Made by a program: the position numbers and the translations under genes. The notes under the pieces were generated by a model. The model was not told the origin of the DNA and made no database searches. It saw only the letters and a list, made by a program, of their open reading frames with translations. From IMG/VR virus record IMGVR_UViG_3300030329_003290: a stretch of 20,000 bases of DNA. The stretch is one strand, 5' to 3'. The DNA comes from an uncultured virus (IMG/VR IMGVR_UViG_3300030329_003290) (lineage: Duplodnaviria; Heunggongvirae; Uroviricota; Caudoviricetes). Positions 7,685 to 15,206 of this stretch are shown piece after piece. Position 1 is the first letter of the stretch. The number at the start of each line of letters is the position of its first letter.

Positions 7685-8318
7685 TATTTTCTCCATTTAT
7701 AGTAATTTTATGTACAAAGATATTTTTAGATGGGCAATAATTCCAACTATCTTGATGTTGGTGTTCTACGACAATATCATCTGTTTCTGAGTGCGCCCAT
7801 TCTATATCTTCATATCCTGATTTCCAAGCTTGCATATTATCCCATATACAAAATCTAGTTCCTCCTTGTTGCCACTTTACATAAACTCTTTTACCCTCAA
7901 CTACTGTTTGTACGGGCTTTGATAATTTAAGAACTACTTCTTTTTTGAAATATTCTATGTTCATATCATCAAAAGTATCAAATAATATTCCATCATATTT
8001 ACCAAAGTTATCAATATTTTTATACCAATCACCCTTTACTATTTTTACATTAGGTTTATCACTAGCCCACTCTTCTAATCTCTGAATAACTTCAGGATCT
8101 ATTTCACATATTGTATGGCTGGTAGGATTATATTGCTGTATAAAGTTTGATGCTATACCCATACCAAATCCAATTTCTAAAATGTCATTTCTCTCTGCCC
8201 ATCCACCAGAACATACAAATCTAGCCATTCTTTCCATAACTGGTGTTTCCCAATTATGCATAACTACTTTCTTACCTTTCAGTATAGAATTTTCTGTAAA
8301 TGTGTATGGTGTAGCCAT
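7674..8318 (-). CDS. SAM-dependent methyltransferase, GAMT/Rmt2-like
   Basis: VMHNWETPVM, ILEIGFGMGIAS, HTICE, GDW, YDGILFDTF. Confidence 0.85.
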   Translation of the reverse strand: MATPYTFTENSILKGKKVVMHNWETPVMERMARFVCSGGWAERNDILEIGFGMGIASNFIQQYNPTSHTICEIDPEVIQRLEEWASDKPNVKIVKGDWYKNIDNFGKYDGILFDTFDDMNIEYFKKEVVLKLSKPVQTVVEGKRVYVKWQQGGTRFCIWDNMQAWKSGYEDIEWAHSETDDIVVEHQHQDSWNYCPSKNIFVHKITINGENNAN

Positions 8319-8959
8319 TACTTACTACTATAACTTACTAATTGACTAGAAAGTAATCCTTGTATTGTATAATACAATGATGGGTTTCTTTTCAATAATT
8401 CTTTGAATTCAGGTTGTTTCCAAACCAAGCATTCAGTATTGTGTTTTACAACACAAGTTGCTGTTGCTGGTTTCTCTGTAAGGAATGACATCTCCCCTAC
8501 AAACTGACCATCTTTTAGTTCAGCTACCTTTTTACCATCTACTGCCACATCAACAGTTCCATTATATATCAATATTAAATCTAATACTGGTGTACCTTGT
8601 CGTATAATCTTTTCACCACTTTCATATTTTTCCCATCTGGCAACTTTACTAATTTTTAGATACTCAACAGGACTCAAATCTTTGAATAGAGTTTCATACA
8701 ACTCTTTGTCTTTTGGTGCCATTTTGATTGGTCGTTTTTCATATATGATAACTGCTATGTGATAGAGGTTGAGAGTAATAAATACAAAATTCCAATTGAT
8801 AGCCAACCACATTGGTTCAACTGGTATGGTGTAGTTATAAAATACTGAAAATAAACTAGCAAGTATGGATACTACTCGTAACCACAAAATGTCTTTTACT
8901 AAAAAAGAAAATGCTATTAAACCAAATGCTAAATGACCAGCTATAGTTGCGATATCCAT
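8318..8959 (-). CDS. Popeye-like membrane protein with cyclic-nucleotide-binding domain
   Basis: Three N-terminal TMs (DILWLR motif), then IIRQG, IYNGTVDV, GQFVGEMSFLT, ATATC. Confidence 0.9.
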   Translation of the reverse strand: MDIATIAGHLAFGLIAFSFLVKDILWLRVVSILASLFSVFYNYTIPVEPMWLAINWNFVFITLNLYHIAVIIYEKRPIKMAPKDKELYETLFKDLSPVEYLKISKVARWEKYESGEKIIRQGTPVLDLILIYNGTVDVAVDGKKVAELKDGQFVGEMSFLTEKPATATCVVKHNTECLVWKQPEFKELLKRNPSLYYTIQGLLSSQLVSYSSK

Positions 8960-8960
8960 T

Positions 8961-9320
8961 TTACCACTTCCACCCTAACATTGTTTTAGTTTTTTTGAAA
9001 TTTTCTGCTGCTTGTTTCATTCCATAAATTTTATTTATCTTTGGATTCCAAGTATCTTTGAAGAATTTCATTGGCATTCCTTTGAAACCATATTTACTTG
9101 AACCTGCAACCATTGTTTGCCAGTCTTCAACTACACCTCTCTTATTTACAATCCAAACATGCTTATATCTTTTACCACCTGAAATCCAATCGTTTTGTAC
9201 TGTACCAAATACTACTTTTGCCTTTTTATCTCGTTGGTTGGTCATATAATATTTCCAAGCCCACTGGACACATTCACCACAAGCAATTACTTCATTTAGT
9301 AAATGCTTTAGTCTAATCAT
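8961..9320 (-). CDS. Hypothetical protein, possible transglutaminase/papain-like fold
   Basis: GEC..WA ... KHVWI ... VED spacing suggests a Cys-His-Asp triad; N-terminal MIRLKHLLNE motif. Confidence 0.65.
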   Translation of the reverse strand: MIRLKHLLNEVIACGECVQWAWKYYMTNQRDKKAKVVFGTVQNDWISGGKRYKHVWIVNKRGVVEDWQTMVAGSSKYGFKGMPMKFFKDTWNPKINKIYGMKQAAENFKKTKTMLGWKW

Positions 9321-9627
9321 CTGCGTGTTCTAATAGTTTGTTATCATTTTCTTGGTTGTTGAACCAGAAGTCAATTACTTTGGCAAACGAACCAACAAAT
9401 CCACCCAACATCAATAGTAGGATTTCTTTCCATCCATCTGTAACATCTTTGCCTTGTCCCATAAAATAAATCATAAGCATTAGTATTACAGCAAACATAC
9501 CCACAACAGCAATACTTACATACCACTTACGGGATTGTCTATACTCAATTAGGTCTACTAATTTGACATTTATAAAATGTTTTTGATTTTGTCTTGCATC
9601 TTTTGTTGTTAAATCTTTAGCATCCAA
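9313..9627 (-). CDS. Two-TM membrane protein, holin-like
   Basis: Two TM helices ending in LGGFVGSFAKVIDFWF plus a charged tail; SD GGAG. Confidence 0.6.
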   Translation of the reverse strand: MDAKDLTTKDARQNQKHFINVKLVDLIEYRQSRKWYVSIAVVGMFAVILMLMIYFMGQGKDVTDGWKEILLLMLGGFVGSFAKVIDFWFNNQENDNKLLEHADD

Positions 9628-9663
9628 TTTACTTCTCCATTATTCAAGAATAAATATAATGGA

Positions 9664-10257
9664 TTATAAAGAATATTCAAAACCTATTTTAGCCTTATAA
9701 AATTCTTTACCTTGCAATTTAGAGATTTCACCTGTATTGTAGATTCTAAATTTTTTGGTTAGCTGATAAGATACTTTGAACTTATCTTCAAATTCAAAAG
9801 TGTCTCTCTCATTTTCTTGACTTGGTGGAAAGTAACCATCAAATGAAATATCGACTTCTACTTTATCATCGTAATACTTTTTCTTTTTACTCATACCAAA
9901 AGAAAAGAATGTCTCAAAGTTTTTACTGAATACATTGTCGTCACTGTTACGACTTGTGAAACCATACGACCAATCTTTCCATTTATTACGCCAGTCCATC
10001 TTTAGGTATTTTACACCTTGACTTTCTTTATTCATATATTCAGGTTTAAAATATACACCATCTTCTAACTTAGCCCAAAATAAATCGTCTATATAGAACT
10101 CACCAAGTTCCCTTTCCCATTGACGATTTACATAAATATTCTTATGACTAAAGCCAACACTTACTTCGTAATCATCAGGATTAGGCTGTACATTTGGCGT
10201 TCTTGCAGCAAAAGAACTGAATAACATTACACCAGCTAATAAGCTATCTAATCCCAT
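9664..10257 (-). CDS. Secreted protein, probable outer-membrane beta-barrel
   Basis: Signal peptide (..SSFA|A), alternating aromatic beta strands, C-terminal KIGFEYSL. Confidence 0.6.
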   Translation of the reverse strand: MGLDSLLAGVMLFSSFAARTPNVQPNPDDYEVSVGFSHKNIYVNRQWERELGEFYIDDLFWAKLEDGVYFKPEYMNKESQGVKYLKMDWRNKWKDWSYGFTSRNSDDNVFSKNFETFFSFGMSKKKKYYDDKVEVDISFDGYFPPSQENERDTFEFEDKFKVSYQLTKKFRIYNTGEISKLQGKEFYKAKIGFEYSL

Positions 10258-10595
10258 TACCCTTTATACCATCTCATCTTTTTTATTTTTGAAGTAATAT
10301 CAAATTCAATTACATGCATAGCATTACCATTGAATTCATCATCTAACATAATATTACATTCACAAATAGCAACACTGTGATCAGTGAAATAATATTCTTG
10401 TGGATTTACCCAAAGTTTTTTATTAGAAAAAATATCTACTAATGCTTTTTCTACTTTAGAATCTCCGTGATGGATAGCACCATCAGCATCTCTAAATTCA
10501 ACATTTCCTCTACACATACTTTTAATTCTAACAGCATCTTTATTGTTGAATGCCTCATAGAAAAAATTTACTCTATTTACTAATACTGAATCCAT
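10257..10595 (-). CDS. SnoaL/NTF2-like protein
   Basis: FYEAFNNKD, NVEFRD, HG, and C-terminal VIEFD..KIK.MRWY pattern. Confidence 0.8.
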   Translation of the reverse strand: MDSVLVNRVNFFYEAFNNKDAVRIKSMCRGNVEFRDADGAIHHGDSKVEKALVDIFSNKKLWVNPQEYYFTDHSVAICECNIMLDDEFNGNAMHVIEFDITSKIKKMRWYKG

Positions 10596-10726
10596 TATAG
10601 CCTCCTCTGAGTTTTTCTTTTACTGCGTTTTCTTTTACTTTTCTTGACTCGTCTGTCAACACCATCTCGTCTATCTCCTAAGATAAACATAGTGACAGCA
10701 TCAATTGCATTTTCAAATTTAGTCAT
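10595..10726 (-). CDS. Small basic protein (43 aa), not in ORF track
   Basis: MTKFENAIDAVTMFILGDRRDGVDRRVKKSKRKRSKRKTQRRL*; SD GGGAG; TAATG-coupled to the next gene. Confidence 0.7.
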   Translation of the reverse strand: MTKFENAIDAVTMFILGDRRDGVDRRVKKSKRKRSKRKTQRRL

Positions 10727-10922
10727 CTGATTTCTCCCTTGATAAAATTACTGGTGAATCAGTAAGTTGTTTTGGATTTACAAACCATATACGACCCATA
10801 CTATCCTTTACTCTCCAATCACCATCATCTTCTTTATTTTGATATGTAACTATCTCTTCTTTATATAAAGTACCATCTACAGTAGTTATTGTTTCAAGCA
10901 CTCTGTATTTCTTTTTTATCAT
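10719..10922 (-). CDS. Hypothetical protein (SH3-like beta fold possible)
   Basis: 67 aa, ATGA overlap; WRVKDSMGRIWFV. Confidence 0.7.
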   Translation of the reverse strand: MIKKKYRVLETITTVDGTLYKEEIVTYQNKEDDGDWRVKDSMGRIWFVNPKQLTDSPVILSREKSDD

Positions 10923-11056
10923 CCCTGACCTCTGTATTTTTTCTTAAATCTTTTTGAATTTATTCGTGTACTGTATTTAGTACCACGACCTAATCCTTGT
11001 CGTGTTTTTTTCTTCCTCTTCACAGGTCTATTTGTAATCAGTTTAGCCCTAGCCAT
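10919..11056 (-). CDS. Small basic phage protein ending KKYRGQG (45 aa), not in ORF track
   Basis: MARAKLITNRPVKRKKKTRQGLGRGTKYSTRINSKRFKKKYRGQG*; the KKTRQG...KKYRGQG pattern is typical of a family in marine phages. Confidence 0.85.
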   Translation of the reverse strand: MARAKLITNRPVKRKKKTRQGLGRGTKYSTRINSKRFKKKYRGQG

Positions 11057-11841
11057 TATTTATTCCATTCGAATGTTTTGTATGATTGCGTGGTTGTCTT
11101 TGTCTTATATGGTATAAGTATATTAGAAACTACTTTTTCACTATCATCATTTTGTTTCATTCCTATTGCTAAACTTGTATTACATTCATTTGGAAATTTT
11201 GTTTTCCAATTATTTGGCAATTCCCCACAAGGTTGTACATTTAGTTTTAGTCCCTCATCCAATCTCTGTGATACTGCTCTATAAGGTCCTTCCAATACAT
11301 TCAGAGAAGATTTCCAAAGTGGTTTATAATTTGGAAAGTAATCGTGAAATAATATGTATCCATTATCAGCTAATAAATCATAAGCTAAAGGTAATTCCTC
11401 ATATACTTTTTCATAACTATGATCTCCATCTAAAAATATAAAATCATATTTAGACTTTGGTAGATAATGTGATTCATTCTTTAAAAATTCTACAGAATCG
11501 CTGACAACAAAATCAACGAAAGACTCACAACCTATTTCGTGTATCAAATCTCTTGGACAAGGAGAGTCTGTATTTACATCAGCAATATCAACAGTAGTAA
11601 TTTTAGCACCATCTCTATCTTTCATAGCTAAAGCAATACTTACTAACGAGCCACCTATATGAGTTCCAATTTCTAAAACATTCCTAACATCTAAGTTTTT
11701 TATTAGATGATATATTGCCCTTTGGTCTCCTGGATTTACACCACCAGTATATTCAGGAATGCTAAGTGGTACTTTACTAACTTTGTCCCAGTTGGTATCT
11801 TTTTCCCAAATCTTTTTTAGGTCTAACATATATTTCCCCAT
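11056..11841 (-). CDS. Class I SAM-dependent methyltransferase (Methyltransf_24-like)
   Basis: VLEIGTHIGGS, ITTVDI, YDFIFLDGDHSYE, GYILFHDY; start may be 11829. Confidence 0.9.
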   Translation of the reverse strand: MGKYMLDLKKIWEKDTNWDKVSKVPLSIPEYTGGVNPGDQRAIYHLIKNLDVRNVLEIGTHIGGSLVSIALAMKDRDGAKITTVDIADVNTDSPCPRDLIHEIGCESFVDFVVSDSVEFLKNESHYLPKSKYDFIFLDGDHSYEKVYEELPLAYDLLADNGYILFHDYFPNYKPLWKSSLNVLEGPYRAVSQRLDEGLKLNVQPCGELPNNWKTKFPNECNTSLAIGMKQNDDSEKVVSNILIPYKTKTTTQSYKTFEWNK

Positions 11842-11953
11842 AACAATCTAAGCATAATTGTCCAGCACCATCTACATATCCAAAGCGAACAAGTATATGT
11901 TCATCTTTATCGTGGTGTGAATCTTTTCTACATACAACACACTTATCTTTCAC
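11777..11953 (-). CDS. Small zinc-finger protein (58 aa), not in ORF track
   Basis: GTG start; MKDKCVVC...HILVRFGYVDGAGQLCLDCY..., two CxxC pairs. Confidence 0.8.
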   Translation of the reverse strand: MKDKCVVCRKDSHHDKDEHILVRFGYVDGAGQLCLDCYGEIYVRPKKDLGKRYQLGQS

Positions 11954-12101
11954 TTACAACTTCTTTTATCTTACCAAGATGTCCACCTACTTTCTGAACA
12001 TATAGTTCAGCGTCTTGTTTATCTTTAGCTAGAAATGTGAACCCCTCATCAGTTGTCCACCTTTTGTAGTCAACCCATTGACCTACTTTTTTCTTTGGCA
12101 T
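11943..12101 (-). CDS. Hypothetical protein (52 aa), not in ORF track
   Basis: SD GAGG; MPKKKVGQWVDYKRWTTDEGFTFLAKDKQDAELYVQKVGGHLGKIKEVVSER*. Confidence 0.75.
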   Translation of the reverse strand: MPKKKVGQWVDYKRWTTDEGFTFLAKDKQDAELYVQKVGGHLGKIKEVVSER

Positions 12102-12111
12102 ATATAACCTC

Positions 12112-12345
12112 TTATGTTACCGATTCATAATATTCAATTAAATCTTCAATTTCATTTTCATTTGGGAATCTACCCAATTCTTTTTTACTAAACAGTAAGC
12201 TATTATTAAAAGATACTTCAAACACACCACCAGTACCTTGTATCAATTCAGCAGTTACACCGTATTGTTTTTCTATTGATTCTCTCAAACTGAGAGCTTT
12301 ATCTAAATAGCCTCACTGTGTGCAATATTCAATTTTGACTTCCAT
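12112..12345 (-). CDS. Rdx-family (SelW/SelT/SelH-like) selenoprotein, 77 aa, UGA=Sec at codon 11
   Basis: SD GAGGA; MEVKIEYCTQ(U)GYLDKA...GTGGVFEV...LFSKKELGRFP. In-frame TGA at 12313-12315 completes CxxU, and Rdx motifs continue after it. Confidence 0.93.
12282..12296 (-). promoter_or_regulatory. Bacterial SECIS-like hairpin
   Basis: CTCTCA-GTT-TGAGAG stem beginning 16 nt after the UGA, with G in the apical loop. Confidence 0.7.
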
Positions 12346-12470
12346 ATGTTTCCTCTAATACATTTCATAAATCTTTTCAAAACTTTATTATAGATATATG
12401 TTTTTCCGTGATTTCTAAATATCATTAGAAGAGCCTGACTCCGCAAAACAGATTCTTCTCGTTCACTCAT
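12303..12470 (-). CDS. Hypothetical protein (55 aa), not in ORF track
   Basis: SD AGGGG; MSEREESVLRSQALLMIFRNHG...AHSEAI*; overlaps the selenoprotein 5' end by 43 nt. Confidence 0.55.
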   Translation of the reverse strand: MSEREESVLRSQALLMIFRNHGKTYIYNKVLKRFMKCIRGNIWKSKLNIAHSEAI

Positions 12471-12613
12471 CGCTTTCCCCTAAAATTTATTTTGGGTGCC
12501 CCAACCCTTCGTTTCAATTCTAGTAGCGATTCCTTAATATCTTGTTCAGTTATTTCTATCTCTATATCAGGAACTAAACACCTTCTTTTTTTCTCCGTGG
12601 TATTCGTAGGCAT
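12467..12613 (-). CDS. Hypothetical protein (48 aa), not in ORF track
   Basis: MPTNTTEKKRRCLVPDIEIEITEQDIKESLLELKRRVGAPKINFRGKR*; ATGA-coupled to the next ORF. Confidence 0.5.
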   Translation of the reverse strand: MPTNTTEKKRRCLVPDIEIEITEQDIKESLLELKRRVGAPKINFRGKR

Positions 12614-12953
12614 GACCATTTTCCTTTAGTAACTCATTGACAGATTTCTCGTGCCCTTTTACAAATATCTCTCCAAGTACTCGACCATACTTTCCTCTTC
12701 CGTGAGATATTATTGAAAACTTTCCCTCATCAGTATTTTCTAAGAGGTCTTTTACATAAGCCTTAGCTTCTAAACCTTTGGCTTTTTCTTCTAAATCTCG
12801 TGTTCTACTTTCCCAAGTATCTACACCATAAAATCTAATTCGTGATTTTACCCATACATCAAATCCTAAATCTATCATAGCATCACAAGTGTCACCATCG
12901 ACAACCCTTACTAATTTACAACTATAACCATGCTTCTTTACTTGCTTCCCCAT
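12567..12953 (-). CDS. Thermonuclease (staphylococcal nuclease family)
   Basis: VRVVDGDT, IDLGF, RIRFYGVDTWE, GKYGRVLG, VNELLKENGHA. Confidence 0.93.
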   Translation of the reverse strand: MGKQVKKHGYSCKLVRVVDGDTCDAMIDLGFDVWVKSRIRFYGVDTWESRTRDLEEKAKGLEAKAYVKDLLENTDEGKFSIISHGRGKYGRVLGEIFVKGHEKSVNELLKENGHAYEYHGEKKKVFSS

Positions 12954-12966
12954 AACTAATCTCCTG

Positions 12967-13146
12967 TTATTGCCAGTTATACTTATGCCACTTCCATGGA
13001 GGATAAATATATTCTTTATTTACGAAAACCATAGTATCAGCTGGAAATGAACTCGCATCATATCCTCCTGCTTGATACCAAGTCTTGTATTCAGCCTCAT
13101 CCTCAAATATCAGTATAGTTTTACCGTCAACTGTTTCTGTTTTCAT
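12967..13146 (-). CDS. Hypothetical protein (59 aa), not in ORF track
   Basis: MKTETVDGKTILIFEDEAEYKTWYQAGG...PPWKWHKYNWQ*; ATGA overlap with the upstream gene. Confidence 0.7.
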   Translation of the reverse strand: MKTETVDGKTILIFEDEAEYKTWYQAGGYDASSFPADTMVFVNKEYIYPPWKWHKYNWQ

Positions 13147-13427
13147 AATCTAATTCCAAGTTGGTGAGCACAAGATTTCATAGCCTTATCAAATCTTCTT
13201 TGTTCGTGTGCCTTCAAAATTCTTTGAGCATCTCCAACTGTTATCTTCTTATTATAAATAGTTCCCTTATAAGAAAAAACATCAGAATTATTATTAGCAA
13301 TAGCCTTTACAAATTGTAAAGTTTCTTTATAATCCAAAAATGTAGTATAGTTTGGATCTATACCAGGTGTCTTATGTGCCATTACTAAGAAATCTTCATA
13401 GTCTGTATTTCTTCTATCCTCATTCAT
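13143..13427 (-). CDS. Hypothetical protein
   Basis: 94 aa; SD AGGAG. Confidence 0.75.
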   Translation of the reverse strand: MNEDRRNTDYEDFLVMAHKTPGIDPNYTTFLDYKETLQFVKAIANNNSDVFSYKGTIYNKKITVGDAQRILKAHEQRRFDKAMKSCAHQLGIRL

Positions 13428-13653
13428 TTTCTATCTCCTGAGCAATTTTTATATGCTCTTCTATTGGTCTATTTCTGTTATATTGGTCTACTAACCAATC
13501 TTCTTTATTATCAAAAAATTTATTATCAGATACTGTTCTAGTAAGTAAAGCATTTTCTATTTCAATAGCTAATTGTCTTCTAGCAGCAAAAGAACTTAGA
13601 TTCAATTGACTATCTTTATACTTGTATAAAATTTTTTCTATCACTTTTCTCAT
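13420..13653 (-). CDS. Hypothetical protein (77 aa)
   Basis: Start moved to ATG 13653 (SD GGAG); the track start lies inside a hairpin. Confidence 0.75.
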   Translation of the reverse strand: MRKVIEKILYKYKDSQLNLSSFAARRQLAIEIENALLTRTVSDNKFFDNKEDWLVDQYNRNRPIEEHIKIAQEIENE

Positions 13654-13684
13654 CGTCTTCTCCAATCCTTTTAGTTGTGTAAAT

Positions 13685-13749
13685 GGGGCTGTGAAAAAGG
13701 AAATAAACACAGCCCCGATGCGGTAACGGAATGAGTTATACCGTTACCG
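13685..13749 (-). other. Tandem GC-rich hairpins in the ATPase 3' UTR (candidate sRNA, processing site or terminator)
   Basis: CGGTAACGG-TATAACTCATT-CCGTTACCG and GGGGCTGTG-TTTATTTCCTTTTT-CACAGCCCC; both are perfect 9-bp stems. Confidence 0.8.
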
Positions 13750-13765
13750 ACAGAGAGAATAATAA

Positions 13766-14956
13766 TTATTCGTCAGCACCCATCTCTTCTTCATTGAACA
13801 AATCTTCAGAAGAACCATCAGAGACATACTTTTGAACAAGCTGTTTCACATAAGTTCTTTCAGATTCCATCCCACCATCATCCGAAAACTGAGGATAGAC
13901 AGTCACTTCAGCCGCCTCATCTAATCCGAAACCATCAAAGAGTAGTCCAGCTATCTCAACCGAAGTTCTGGTTGAAATTCCAGCAGACAACCGACCAGCT
14001 TCAGACTTTGACTCAGTTCTGGTTGAAGAAGCAATTTCAGCAACCGACTTTAGTAAGTCAGAATCAACATGCGGAAACATATAATCCAGTAATCCATGCT
14101 CTTCATCTGAGGTTAGAACATCCATCTCAACAATGATGAATCTATCCATCAGCGCCTTATCCATAACTCTGGTAGATGTATACTCATTACCAATGTTAGC
14201 GGTGGCAACGAAAGTAACACCCTCAGCCACATTGATAGTTTCTTGGCCTGAAGCCTCATCTAATCTGAGATATCTCTGACCATTGTCTAAGACAGTCATC
14301 AAAATATTCCAAGCATCAGGGTGAGCCCGACTCAACTCATCTAACAGAATAACAGCGTTAGGAGTTTGTATTGCCTTCACAAATAAAGACTCAGAAAAGT
14401 AAGTCCCAGCTTTTTTATCAAAGTGAACATTACCAATCAAAGTAGCCCTTGGATCCTGTGTAGCACCTAAGTTGAAATAAAAGTCAGGTCTGTCAAGTGA
14501 ATTTACCAATGACTTAGCAGCCATAGTTTTTCCACATCCAGCAGGACCTGTCATCAAAATATTCTTACCTCTAACAGCACTACGAACTAAGTACTTCCAC
14601 TTTAGTTCTTTCATAACCAAACCAGCAGGTTTGAGATTATAAGAAGAGTGAATGAAATTCAGCATCTCAGCATGATCAGTTGGTACATCAACTGAAGAAA
14701 CATCAATTACAGGAGCTGTGGTAGATTCAAATTCACTCATAGGAACTTTCCACCAGTAAATCCTACCAGCTTTACCAGTTCTTCGTTCCAATGCCATACC
14801 AGCATTATAAGCTTTTTTTCTGGTAGAAGTTCCAATGTGGGATGTGTATTTATTACCATCGGCATCCCATGCATTGAATCTGTTACCAGATTTTTCAATT
14901 TTTACAACTACTTTTTTATCCATAGTTTTTTTTCCTTTTGTTATTGTTTTACTCAT
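13766..14956 (-). CDS. MoxR/CbbQ/NirQ-type AAA+ ATPase
   Basis: Walker A GPAGCGKT, Walker B VILLDE, FVATAN, ALMDRF, ISTR; alternative SD-led start at 14923. Confidence 0.95.
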   Translation of the reverse strand: MSKTITKGKKTMDKKVVVKIEKSGNRFNAWDADGNKYTSHIGTSTRKKAYNAGMALERRTGKAGRIYWWKVPMSEFESTTAPVIDVSSVDVPTDHAEMLNFIHSSYNLKPAGLVMKELKWKYLVRSAVRGKNILMTGPAGCGKTMAAKSLVNSLDRPDFYFNLGATQDPRATLIGNVHFDKKAGTYFSESLFVKAIQTPNAVILLDELSRAHPDAWNILMTVLDNGQRYLRLDEASGQETINVAEGVTFVATANIGNEYTSTRVMDKALMDRFIIVEMDVLTSDEEHGLLDYMFPHVDSDLLKSVAEIASSTRTESKSEAGRLSAGISTRTSVEIAGLLFDGFGLDEAAEVTVYPQFSDDGGMESERTYVKQLVQKYVSDGSSEDLFNEEEMGADE

Positions 14957-14959
14957 TAT

Positions 14960-15003
14960 TTACAGGTAAAGCTACAAAGAATTTTGCTAAAATACAAGGA
15001 AAA
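14960..15003 (-). repeat. Early promoter copy 4; 44-nt direct repeat shared with 17287-17330
   Basis: TTGTAT-N17-TAGCTT; 42/44 nt identical to the copy upstream of the VWA gene. Confidence 0.85.
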
Positions 15004-15026
15004 AGTCCAGATTTTTTGATCTTTTT

Positions 15027-15206
15027 TTATGATCTCCAAAACTTTACCCTATAACTTTCTTTTGTAAATGCTTCCCAAGTACACTGTTCAAATTTACATT
15101 TCCAATAATTACTAAAATGTTGCCGAGTGGTTGAAATCATTCTCCAACCACACGGACACATTGGATTTTCTTTATACTTACGATTGTGTAACCATTTGAA
15201 TATCAT
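15027..15206 (-). CDS. Small zinc-ribbon protein (59 aa), not in ORF track
   Basis: MIFKWLHNRKYKENPMCPCGWRM...YWKCKFEQCTW...*; TAATG-coupled to the VWA gene. Confidence 0.75.
   Translation of the reverse strand: MIFKWLHNRKYKENPMCPCGWRMISTTRQHFSNYWKCKFEQCTWEAFTKESYRVKFWRS

Noticed and set aside
12112..12345. Genome-wide UGA reassignment or pseudogene as an explanation for the in-frame TGA
   Set aside because: TGA terminates several genes here (ATGA overlaps), and this TGA sits exactly at the Rdx CxxU position with a downstream hairpin.
13654..13710. N-terminal extension of the 13420 ORF (and similarly 6901-6963 of hsp20 and 772-789 of the first ORF)
   Set aside because: These extensions run through hairpins or promoters; SD-supported starts lie downstream.
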